From Acidobacteriota bacterium (lineage in GTDB: Bacteria > Acidobacteriota > UBA890 > WLXD01), in NCBI GenBank assembly GCA_963666215.2, contig CAXWPL010000004.1, positions 64,001 through 128,000 on the forward strand: a stretch of DNA of 64,000 bases, in the 5' to 3' direction. A model generated the notes under the pieces. The model saw only the letters and a list, made by a program, of their open reading frames with translations, was not told where the DNA came from and did not search any database. A program made the translations under genes and the position numbers. This document shows, in pieces, positions 9,255 to 18,183 of the stretch (positions within the stretch are counted from its first letter, which is position 1; each line of letters opens with the position of its first letter).

Positions 9255-11681
9255 TCACAGGCCCATCGTAGCCCGCTGCGGCCACGGGTCGGGGTAGATC
9301 CGCCCGGCTCCAGCGGCCGAGGCGACCCAGGTGCGCAGTTGCGCAGGAACGGCGAATCGAGCCGGATTACCCGACGTCTTGTCGACCAGGTCAGCGAGAC
9401 GATCACACACCTCTTGCAGGCCGCGTGCTTCGGCGTAGCGGAACAGGCCACCCCGGAAGGGGGCGAAGCCGGTTCCAAAGACCATGGCGAGATCGGCCTC
9501 GAGCGGGCCCGCGACAATTCCCTCCTCGAGAGCCCTCGTGGCCTCCGCGAGCATCACCAGCACGCAGCGATCGACGATTACGTCGCGCTCTCTTGATCGC
9601 GCGCCGTTCGCCCCGTGGCCTCCGCGCCCTGCCCCACCGCGCGAGCCCGTGAACAGGCGCTCGATCTCGGGATCGGGCTTCGGCTCGTGCTTTCGCTTGT
9701 CGGAGTAGACGTAGAAGCCGCGCCCTCCCTTGCGCCCCACGAGCTCGAGATCAATCAAGCGGCCCAGCGCCGGTGCGCGCTGCATGCGATCGCCGAAGGC
9801 CTCCTCCATGACCATCGAGGCCTTGCCGGCGACGTCGAGGCCGACCTCGTCGAGGAGGCGTAGCGGTCCCATCGGCATGCCGAAATCGCGCAGCGCGGCG
9901 TCGATGGTGGCAATCGGCACGCCCTCCTCGAGGAGCAGCAAGGCCTCGTTGAAGTACGGCGCCAGCACACGGTTGACGAAGAATCCGGGCGCGTCAGCGA
10001 CGATGATCGGCACCTTACCCATGGCGACAGCGAAAGCAACGGTGGTCGCAATGGCCTCGGAACTCGAGTGCTCGCCACGCACCACCTCAACCAACGGCAT
10101 CTTGTGTACCGGGTTGAAGAAGTGCAGCCCCACCAGTCGACCCGGGTCGCGTAGCGCGTCACTCATCGCCGACAGGGTTAGCGACGACGTGTTCGTCGCC
10201 AGCACGGTGTCGGGCCCGGCGGCGGCCTCGACGTCGGCCAGCACTGCCCGCTTGATCCGTAGGTCCTCGACAACTGCCTCGATCACCAGATCGGCGCGAC
10301 GAAAACCCGAGTACTCGACCGTGGGCGAAATCAGCTGCATGCGCGTTGCGGCTTCGGCAGGGCTGAGCTTGCCCGAGCGGCGGCGCTCCTCGAATCGTCG
10401 ATGCGCAACCCGCATGGCGGTTGCCAGCGGGGCGCGCGCGATGTCTTTGAGTCGCACCGGCAGCCCCTGATACGCCCCGAGCTGGGCGATGCCACCTCCC
10501 ATGACACCCGCACCAATGACGCCGAGTTGCCGCACACCGGGTTGGGGTTGGCGCGCCGGCCGCGCCGCTGCGGTCGCGGTCACGTTCGGTGCGTCCTCGC
10601 GTGCGCCGCCGGCCGAGCGCTCCACCCGGCCCGTACGACGAGACGCCTGCCGCAAGAAAAAGAGCCCGACCAGGTTGCGGGCAACGTCGGAGACCACGAG
10701 CTGCCCCAGCAGCTCGGCCTCGTGACGCAGGCCGTTTTCGAGAGAGCCGCGCAGGCCGGTGCGCACCGCGTCGATCGCCATCGGCGGGGCCGGATAGTGA
10801 CCTGCCGCCTGCTTGGCCGTGCGCCGCGTCGCCTGCCAGAAAAGAAATGCCCGGCCAATCAGATTCCCCTCGAGCGCCCAGCGGCGCAGACGGGCGGGCA
10901 GCGCTCGATCTTCCGGGGGCCGCCGCCGGCCGCGCCGTTTCGACGGGCCGGGTCCGCTCGCACGCGTCTTGCTACTGGCACGGCCTGGCCCGTGTTCGTC
11001 GAGCAGGCGTCGGGCCTCACGATGCAACAGCGGCGCGGGGACAACCGCGTCCACCAGGCCGTAGCGCAGGGCCCGGCGCGCATCGAGCGAGCGCCCCGTG
11101 AGGATCGTCGTCAGGGCACGCTCGATCGACATCAGTCGAGGCAAGCGTTGCGTACCGCCGAACCCCGGGATGATCCCGAGCGTGACTTCGGGGAGGCCAA
11201 TCTCGACGGCGCTCGCGTCGGACGCCACTCGATATGTGCATGCCAGAGCCAGCTCGGTGCCGCCGCCGAGGCAGGTGCCGTTGATCGCCGCCACACTCGG
11301 CACCGGCAAGTCTGCGAGAAGCTGGAAGGCACGCTGCCCTTCTCGAGCCCCGGCCCTGCCCTCCGACGCGGTCTTCACCGCCGCAATCGAGCCCACATCC
11401 ATCCCGGCGATGAACGAAGTGCTCTTGGCCGAGCTCACCACGACACCCACCACGTCGCCGGCACGAGCGGCGGCGCGGACGTCGCCCATCAATCGCACCC
11501 AGCGACGCAGCAGCTCGGCCGTGAGCCTGTTGTGCTCGCTCTCCGGCTGATCGAACTCGAGGATCGCGATGCCCTTGTCATCGATCTCCAAGCTCAGCCC
11601 GGCACCCGAGATGGCGCGCTCGGAGTTGGTGGTGGCGCTGTGATGATTCGAGTTGCTTCGGCTCACGCGATCGTCGGGCAT
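9255..11681 (-). CDS. fadJ: Fatty acid oxidation complex alpha subunit (enoyl-CoA hydratase/3-hydroxyacyl-CoA dehydrogenase)
   Basis: CLGGGTELALAC, GLPEVTLGIIPGFGGTQRLPR, GAGVMGGGIA, GLHFFNPV. Confidence 0.9.
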   Translation of the reverse strand: MPDDRVSRSNSNHHSATTNSERAISGAGLSLEIDDKGIAILEFDQPESEHNRLTAELLRRWVRLMGDVRAAARAGDVVGVVVSSAKSTSFIAGMDVGSIAAVKTASEGRAGAREGQRAFQLLADLPVPSVAAINGTCLGGGTELALACTYRVASDASAVEIGLPEVTLGIIPGFGGTQRLPRLMSIERALTTILTGRSLDARRALRYGLVDAVVPAPLLHREARRLLDEHGPGRASSKTRASGPGPSKRRGRRRPPEDRALPARLRRWALEGNLIGRAFLFWQATRRTAKQAAGHYPAPPMAIDAVRTGLRGSLENGLRHEAELLGQLVVSDVARNLVGLFFLRQASRRTGRVERSAGGAREDAPNVTATAAARPARQPQPGVRQLGVIGAGVMGGGIAQLGAYQGLPVRLKDIARAPLATAMRVAHRRFEERRRSGKLSPAEAATRMQLISPTVEYSGFRRADLVIEAVVEDLRIKRAVLADVEAAAGPDTVLATNTSSLTLSAMSDALRDPGRLVGLHFFNPVHKMPLVEVVRGEHSSSEAIATTVAFAVAMGKVPIIVADAPGFFVNRVLAPYFNEALLLLEEGVPIATIDAALRDFGMPMGPLRLLDEVGLDVAGKASMVMEEAFGDRMQRAPALGRLIDLELVGRKGGRGFYVYSDKRKHEPKPDPEIERLFTGSRGGAGRGGHGANGARSRERDVIVDRCVLVMLAEATRALEEGIVAGPLEADLAMVFGTGFAPFRGGLFRYAEARGLQEVCDRLADLVDKTSGNPARFAVPAQLRTWVASAAGAGRIYPDPWPQRATMGL

Positions 11682-11685
11682 CGAA

Positions 11686-13005
11686 TCACCGCTCCAAGAC
11701 AATCGCGCCGCCCTGGCCGCCGCCAATGCAGAGCGTGGCGAGCCCGCGATGCGTATCGCGGCGGGCGAGCTCGTGCAGCAATGTGATCACGAGCCGCGCA
11801 CCTGTCGCGCCAACGGGATGCCCGAGCGCAATCGCACCGCCGTTGACGTTGAGGCGCTGGGGATCGATCTCGCCCAGCGCCACCGTGCTCAATAGCCCTC
11901 CGAGCTCATCACGCGCGAACGACGAGGAACGTAGGCAGAGCAAGCAGGCCAGTACCTGAACAGCGAAAGCCTCGTTGATCTCCACCAAATCCATATCCCC
12001 GAGCCTGCGACCGGCTTCTTTGAGCGCCATGGGCGTGGCGTAGCAAGGGCCCAGCCCCATGCGCCGTGGCGAGAGCCCCGCCCAGGCGTAGCCCGCCACG
12101 CGCCCGAGCGGCTCGTAGCCCAGCTCCCGCGCCATGTCGGCGTCCATCACCAGGGTCACGGCGGCGCCGTCGGTAACCATGCAGGCATTCCCGGGCGTCA
12201 CCGTGCCGAAGCGACGGTCGAACGCCGGGCGCAACTTGCCGAGCGCCTCGAGACTCTGGTCGGGGCGCGGCCCAACGTCCGCCTCCACGGCGTCGCTGTA
12301 GGTGGGCGGCATCAGCACCGGGATGCGCTCGTCGTTGAACCGGCCGGCCTCCTCGGCAGCGGCGGCGCGCTGATGACTGCGGAGCGCGAACGCGTCTTGC
12401 TGGTCGCGGTCGATGCCGAACTCCTTGGCGAGCACATCGGCGGTCTCCCCCATGTTGAGCCCGCACACAGGATCGGTGAGGCCGCGCGCCAGCGAGATCA
12501 CCGGCTTGAAGTCCCGCGGTCGAAATCGCGCCAGCGCGCGCAAGCGACTGGCCGTATCGCGCGAGCGCGCCAATACCTCGAAGATCCGCACCGCGCTGTG
12601 GCGAAAGACCAAGGGGTAGTTGCTCATCGACTCCACGCCGCCCGCAATCAACAGGCGTGCTCGCCCCGAGCGGATGCGCTCGGTGGCGGTGGTGATGGCC
12701 TCGAGAGCAGAGCCGCAGTTGCGCTGTACCGTCACCGCTGGCGTGCGCTGCGGCAAGTTCGCCCGCAGCGCCACCACGCGGGCAACGTTGGCGGCGTCGA
12801 TGGGGTTGCCGGCGCAACCGAGAATCACCTCGTCGACACGCTCCGGATCGAGATCGGCTGTGTGCAGCAGCTCCACAACAGCCTGGCGGCCCAGCTCGAC
12901 CGCCGACACGTCGCGCAACGCGCCGCCGATCTTGGCGAAGACCGTGCGCAGCCCATGCGTAATGACAACGTCGGGCCGCCGGGTCTGCAGCGCGGGAGAG
13001 CTCAC
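11686..13005 (-). CDS. fadI: 3-ketoacyl-CoA thiolase
   Basis: RNCGSA, NEAFA, GHPVGATG, LCIGGGQG. Confidence 0.88.
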   Translation of the reverse strand: MSSPALQTRRPDVVITHGLRTVFAKIGGALRDVSAVELGRQAVVELLHTADLDPERVDEVILGCAGNPIDAANVARVVALRANLPQRTPAVTVQRNCGSALEAITTATERIRSGRARLLIAGGVESMSNYPLVFRHSAVRIFEVLARSRDTASRLRALARFRPRDFKPVISLARGLTDPVCGLNMGETADVLAKEFGIDRDQQDAFALRSHQRAAAAEEAGRFNDERIPVLMPPTYSDAVEADVGPRPDQSLEALGKLRPAFDRRFGTVTPGNACMVTDGAAVTLVMDADMARELGYEPLGRVAGYAWAGLSPRRMGLGPCYATPMALKEAGRRLGDMDLVEINEAFAVQVLACLLCLRSSSFARDELGGLLSTVALGEIDPQRLNVNGGAIALGHPVGATGARLVITLLHELARRDTHRGLATLCIGGGQGGAIVLER

Positions 13006-13048
13006 CAGCCGCGACCGCTCTTCACACCGCCGCTCTTCATGACGCTCC

Positions 13049-15037
13049 TCACGCCCCTCTCGACGAGTAGATCTCTTCCATCAGGTCACCATAGCGCTCC
13101 GCCACGACGCGACGCACCAGCTTCAGCGTTGGCGTGAGCTCGCCAGCTTTCACACTGAACGACTCGGGCAACAGGCGGAAGGCACGGACCTTCTCGTAGC
13201 GCGCCAGGTCGACCTGCAGTCGTTGCAGCTCCGCCAGGTAGAGCTCCTGCACGAGATCCGAGCTGCACATCGACTCACGATCGGTGGGCAGACCCAAACG
13301 ATGTGCCTCCACCCACTGCGTGAGTCGCTCGTACTCTGGCACGATGAGCGCGGCGATGAACGGCCTGCCATCACCAATCGCCATCACCTGAGAGATGAAC
13401 GGGCTCTCGCTCAGCAGACCTTCGATCTGCTGCGGACCCACGTTCTTGCCTGTGGAGGTGACGAGCAGCTCCTTCTTGCGATCGGTGATGTACAGGCAAC
13501 CGTCGGCACCCATGCGGCCCACATCGCCGGTGTGCAACCAGCCGTTCACCACGGTCGCAGCCGTCGCCTCGGGATCGTTCCAGTAACCGCGCATCACATG
13601 GGGCCCGCGGGTGAGAACCTCGCCGTCCTCGGCAATGCGCACCTCGGCATTGTCCAAGGGCGCGCCAACGCTGCCCACGCGGTTCGTGTCGACGGCATTG
13701 ACGGAGATCACCGGCGAGCTTTCCGTAAGACCGTAGCCCTGCACGAGGTTCCACCCGAAGGAGAGGAACCACCAGTTGACCGACACCGGCAGCGCCGCTC
13801 CTCCAGCGGAGATCAAGCGCAGGCGGCCGCCGAGCCCGTCGCGAACTTTCGACAGGACGAGCCGTTCGGCCAGCCGATGCGAGAAACGCAGAAACAGGCC
13901 GACCGAGCTCCCGGCGCCCGTGCCGTCTGATCCCTCTGGCCTTTCCAAGCGTCGGCGTGCGTACCGCAGGCCGCAACGCTGCGCCCAGCCGAACAGCGCA
14001 CGTTTCATCGGGCTCGCCTGGGCAGCCCGAGATTCGATCGCCTGGCGGATCTTTTCGAAGAGTCTCGGCACGCCGATCAGGATTGTCGGCTGCACCTGCC
14101 GCATGTCCGCTCCCGCTTCAGCCGGCGAGCTGTACACGACGCGCGCCCCGGCCATCAGGTAGTTGTAGTCGATCATGCGCTCGTAGACGTGGCATAGCGG
14201 CAGTACCGACATGCCGACGTCGCCGGGGAATGTCGGCACTCGCCGTTGCACGCCCTCGATGTTGGCGAGGATGTTGGCGTGGCTGAGCATCACGCCCTTC
14301 GGCGGCCCCGTGGTGCCCGACGTGTAGATGATGGTGGCGAGATCGTCGCCGCTCGGCGGCGGCTCACAGCGCACCGACCGGCTTGTCTGCGAGTCTTCCG
14401 CCGCCGGTCTTGAACGGTCGGCCAAGTCGAGAAGAGCGGCGAAGCCGATCCAGTGGCACTCGCCCGCCGCCCCCGCCTCGGCGGCCGCGTCGATCTCGAC
14501 GGTCGCCTCGATCTCGGCATCGAGCCCCGTCGAGCGCGGTGCCTCGTCCAGCTCTGGCCCTTCGCGCCGCTCTGGGTAACTCTCACCGATCGTGACCACC
14601 CACCGGACGTCACCCAGCTCTTCGCTCGCCAAAGCATCACCCAGCTTGTCGGCCTGCTCGGCTGCCTCCACAACCACAACCGTGCAGCCGCTGTTGCCAA
14701 AGCAGTACCGCAGCTGAGCCGCCGTCAGCGTGTCGAAGAGCGGCACCACGACAGCTCCCACGCGATGACAGCCGAAGTCGGTGACGTGCCACTCGGGGCG
14801 GTTGGCGCAGATCAACCCCACGCGATCACCCGTCGACACACCGAGCGTGCGTAGCCCCGCCGCACAGCGCTCGATGTCGGCCAGGAAACGCGCCGCGCTG
14901 AGAGCGTGGAACGATGCCGCCCCACCGGGCCGATAGCGCAACAGGTCCGGCAGGTCGCGCTCGCGAACAACATCTAGGATGTCGCACAGCGAGCGGGCCG
15001 GGCCGGCGCCCTGCTGATCGTCGAAGGGCTCGCTCAC
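13049..15037 (-). CDS. Long-chain fatty acid-CoA ligase
   Basis: IYTSGTTGPPKG, GYGLTE, WLHTGD, ELTPTLK; GTG start inferred at 15037. Confidence 0.9.
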   Translation of the reverse strand: MSEPFDDQQGAGPARSLCDILDVVRERDLPDLLRYRPGGAASFHALSAARFLADIERCAAGLRTLGVSTGDRVGLICANRPEWHVTDFGCHRVGAVVVPLFDTLTAAQLRYCFGNSGCTVVVVEAAEQADKLGDALASEELGDVRWVVTIGESYPERREGPELDEAPRSTGLDAEIEATVEIDAAAEAGAAGECHWIGFAALLDLADRSRPAAEDSQTSRSVRCEPPPSGDDLATIIYTSGTTGPPKGVMLSHANILANIEGVQRRVPTFPGDVGMSVLPLCHVYERMIDYNYLMAGARVVYSSPAEAGADMRQVQPTILIGVPRLFEKIRQAIESRAAQASPMKRALFGWAQRCGLRYARRRLERPEGSDGTGAGSSVGLFLRFSHRLAERLVLSKVRDGLGGRLRLISAGGAALPVSVNWWFLSFGWNLVQGYGLTESSPVISVNAVDTNRVGSVGAPLDNAEVRIAEDGEVLTRGPHVMRGYWNDPEATAATVVNGWLHTGDVGRMGADGCLYITDRKKELLVTSTGKNVGPQQIEGLLSESPFISQVMAIGDGRPFIAALIVPEYERLTQWVEAHRLGLPTDRESMCSSDLVQELYLAELQRLQVDLARYEKVRAFRLLPESFSVKAGELTPTLKLVRRVVAERYGDLMEEIYSSRGA

Positions 15038-15038
15038 G

Positions 15039-15380
15039 TCAACGCAGCTCCTCGAATCCCTCCTTGGGGAAGCCGACGTAGAGCACATCGCCAACGCGCA
15101 GGGTCGGGGCCCGCAGGTTGCCGGTGGGACCGAGCATGTGTTCGAGGATGTCGCTCTTGGACGGCGACGAGCTCAGGTTGATGCGCGTGATGTTGCGCCC
15201 CTTCGCCACGATCAACCGGCGTGCGGCACGAGCCATTTCGAGCGCCTCCGCCTCGCCCAGCTTGCGTCTGGCGCTCACTTGCTCGGCCACTTGCGCCTGT
15301 TCCTGCTCGAGAAACTCCCGAGCTCGTGTGCAGGATGTTCAACCAGATCGGTGATAGTACCAATCGACTCGCAATGCCAT
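15039..15380 (-). CDS. ArsC/Spx-like thioredoxin-fold selenoprotein (UxxC; UGA at 15339-15341)
   Basis: RBS GGAG, then ATG 15380 MALRVDWYYHRSG-U-TSCTRAREFL in frame with LGPTGNLRAPTLRVG..LYVGF. Confidence 0.85.
15305..15323 (-). promoter_or_regulatory. Putative SECIS of the ArsC-like gene
   Basis: GCTCGGGA-GTT-TCTCGAGC hairpin ~15 nt 3' of the UGA, G in the apical loop. Confidence 0.65.
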
Positions 15381-15505
15381 TCGGGGTCTCCTTTTCCGAG
15401 GTGCAGACCTTACCTCCGCAGCGCCCACAATGCAGCACACCTGCCGCGAGCGGCGTGGGGTCGGCTGTGCGATCTTGCACGCATGCTCGACGAACGCGAA
15501 ATCGC

Positions 15506-16741
15506 ATGCTGAGCGCCGACAGCCCGGTGTTCGCCCCGGTACTGCTGCCCACCGATCGGCCGACGCTCGAGTCGCTCCCCGAGCTCCGGCTGCGCGCCGC
15601 GGTCCTGTCGGCGACATACGGCGTCAACCCGCGCACGCAACCACTCATCAACGACGTCCGCCGCCGGACCGATCTCCTCCTGGTCGACCCGAAGACCGCC
15701 GCGTATCAGTACGAGGGCTACATGAGCATGGAGGACTACCGCGCAGTGGCCTACAGCCCCGGCCGCAGCAGCCTCGGCACATTGTGGGAGCCGAGCCACT
15801 TCGCCACACCCGAAGCCCGAAAGAGTCTCATCGAGGCCGTATTCAGGGCTCAAATCGAGATGGAAGCCGATCTGCTCCTGGCGCCCTACTTCGCCATTCC
15901 CGACGCGTCCCACCCCTGGCTCGACGTCGCAGTGCAGACCGCGAGCGAAGCCCTAGCGCTGGCCGGTGAGGGCATCGGAGCGTCGGCGTCGACGGACGCT
16001 CTCCCCGTGGGCGCTGCGATCTGCATCGACATCGACGCGTTGCTGCGGCCAGGTGCAGTCGATGAAGTCGGCGAGCGCTTCGCCTCGCTGCCGGCGGCCT
16101 TCTACTGGGTAATGGCGACGAACTATGACGAGCGCCAGGCGTCGCCACAGGATGTACGCGCGGTCATGCAGCTGCTCGAGCGCCTGCAGCGCAACGCCAC
16201 GCCGACGTTGCTCGCCTACTGCGGCCGCAGCGGCCTCGTTGCAGTTGCTCGCGGCGCCGCCGGCTACTGCTCAGGCCTGCTCGAGCTCGAGGCTTATCCG
16301 CAACGGTATCTGCGCGAAGGCCTCATTAACCTGCACGCCAACAACTACTACCTCGAGGACTACCTCGTGCAGCTGCCGACCCGACTGGCCGACGCCGTGC
16401 TCTCCTGCGCGGGCGCGCCGCCGTGCGAATGCACCGCTTGCCAACTGCCGGGGCCGAGCTCCTCGAGTCCGCCGCTTCGACCCACTCGGATGGTGTCGCG
16501 TCGTCTCGGCGCCCACGGCCTCGTCTGCCGCCAGCGCGAGATCGCGGCGCTGGGAGCCCAACAGGTTCCACAGCGCGAGGACTACCTCAGAGGTCGCTTC
16601 GACGACGCCCTGCGGCGCTGCGCGGCGGTACAGACAACCCTGCCCGAGCTGACCAACGACGCGTTCCACTACCTGGATGTGCTGCGCGAGCTCGTCGGCG
16701 GTCCGGCGGCCTCGATACCCGACGCCGGCGCGGTGTTCTAG
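15506..16741 (+). CDS. Hypothetical protein with a TGT-like C-terminal Zn motif (possible TIM barrel)
   Basis: ~411 aa with GC-rich codon usage; CECTAC-x24-H near the C-terminus. Confidence 0.6.
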   Translation: MLSADSPVFAPVLLPTDRPTLESLPELRLRAAVLSATYGVNPRTQPLINDVRRRTDLLLVDPKTAAYQYEGYMSMEDYRAVAYSPGRSSLGTLWEPSHFATPEARKSLIEAVFRAQIEMEADLLLAPYFAIPDASHPWLDVAVQTASEALALAGEGIGASASTDALPVGAAICIDIDALLRPGAVDEVGERFASLPAAFYWVMATNYDERQASPQDVRAVMQLLERLQRNATPTLLAYCGRSGLVAVARGAAGYCSGLLELEAYPQRYLREGLINLHANNYYLEDYLVQLPTRLADAVLSCAGAPPCECTACQLPGPSSSSPPLRPTRMVSRRLGAHGLVCRQREIAALGAQQVPQREDYLRGRFDDALRRCAAVQTTLPELTNDAFHYLDVLRELVGGPAASIPDAGAVF

Positions 16742-16781
16742 CGCCGCGACCTGGGGGGCGCCCTGAGCACCAGGGAGCGCG

Positions 16782-17417
16782 CTAGCAGTTGATCCGGCGC
16801 CTCATATCCTGTGAAACCAGCGGCCCAATCGAATCGAACGACAGCGTGAGATCGTCGCGCTTGCCGGTCTGGCAGCAGTAGACACCGCAGCACGAGAACG
16901 GTCGCGAATACACGTGCAGGCTGATGGCCCGCTCGCCCCACTCGGCCAGATTGGCGATGCGGTGCACGGACGCGCAGCGGTCGATATGGACATCGCCCGA
17001 CTCGCCACCAACCACTTCGGCACTCATCAGCTTCGGCGCGCCGCCGTCTTCTTTCCACAGAAAGTCGGCCACCTCGATGCGGCCGCGCTCGAGCGTCATC
17101 CAGCAGCGCTGGCCGGCGTGGTCGTGAACCGGTGTCAGAGCCCCGACCTGCCAGCACAGCACCATCACCTGGAAGCGCTCGTCGAGATAGACGAGGTGCC
17201 GGGTGTAGCGGTCGGGCTCCCACGATACGTGGCGCTCGAGCTCGTCAGGGCACACGCGGTTGGCGCGCACGGTTTCCATCATGAGCCGATCATCAGGATC
17301 GCGGGGCGGCAGCGCGCAGATGGCGTCGATGAACTGGCGCATGCTGACTTGCCCGTCGGACGTACTCGATCTGCTCGTCGAGCTCGATGTAGGCGATGTA
17401 TGCGGAGAGTCGCTCAT
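16782..17417 (-). CDS. Cysteine dioxygenase family cupin
   Basis: YTRHLV, LCW...TPVHDH..QRCW, VHRI.N, SLHVYS. Confidence 0.88.
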   Translation of the reverse strand: MSDSPHTSPTSSSTSRSSTSDGQVSMRQFIDAICALPPRDPDDRLMMETVRANRVCPDELERHVSWEPDRYTRHLVYLDERFQVMVLCWQVGALTPVHDHAGQRCWMTLERGRIEVADFLWKEDGGAPKLMSAEVVGGESGDVHIDRCASVHRIANLAEWGERAISLHVYSRPFSCCGVYCCQTGKRDDLTLSFDSIGPLVSQDMRRRINC

Positions 17418-17567
17418 GACGGTTGCCCATCCCTCGACCCGACGGACTTGCCGGACTTGACGACACGGCGGCCCGTGCGGCGTCGCGCGCCACCGGGCCA
17501 CGCGGCATGGCACGATGCCCATGGGTCGTGACGGCGCCAGTGTAGCAATTCCCGTGAGGCAGACAAG

Positions 17568-18140
17568 ATGGCGTTTATCCGCATCATCGAAGAATCGGAA
17601 GCCGAGGGCGCCTTGGCGCGCGAGCACGAGATAGCTCGCAAGCGATCGGGTCGCGTCTACAACGTCCTCAAGATCCAGGGAGCGCGTCCACACGTGCTGC
17701 GTGCCAGCGTGCGTCTGTACCTCGAGATCATGTACGGCGAGTCGGCTCTGAGCCGCGCCGAGCGCGAGATGGTGGCCGTCGTTGTCTCGCAGGTGAACAG
17801 CTGCCACTACTGAGTGCGCTCCCACGCAGACGACCTCCGGGGTGAGGTCGCCAACGTCGAAACCGCCGACGAGCTCGTCGACCAGCTCGCCGCCGACTGG
17901 CGGGCCGTTTCGCGCGCTCAACTCGAGAAAATCTCTCGGCGCGCGGCCGCACTGTGTGCGCATGCTGAAAAGCTCACCCGCGCACCCGCTTCGATTACAG
18001 CGTCGGACGTCGACACGCTACGCGCCGCGGGCTGTACCGACGAGGCGGTCCACGACCTCACGCAAGTCGTCGGCTTCTTCAACCACTACAACCGGCTCGC
18101 CGACGGGCTCGGCATCGACCCCGAGCCCGACTGGGCGTAG
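17568..18140 (+). CDS. AhpD/peroxidase-related (CMD family) selenoprotein (CxxU; UGA at 17811-17813)
   Basis: Abutting in-frame ORFs join as LSRAEREMVAVVVSQVNSCHY-U-VRSH; FNHYNRLADGLG C-terminus. Confidence 0.88.
17831..17850 (+). promoter_or_regulatory. Putative SECIS of the AhpD-like gene
   Basis: CGACCTC-CGGGGT-GAGGTCG hairpin 17 nt 3' of the UGA. Confidence 0.65.
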
Positions 18141-18183
18141 GAGCTGGACCGCTAACCGTCGCGCCTACTCGCAATCGCCGCGG

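Noticed and set aside
9035-9517. ORF with a CPCPCPCP run resembling a metallothionein
   Set aside because: Alternative frame of the GGGGCA repeat inside the SCO gene
6548-17813. Pseudogene reading of the three in-frame TGA stops
   Set aside because: Each TGA sits at a catalytic Cys position and is followed by a hairpin, so Sec recoding is far more likely
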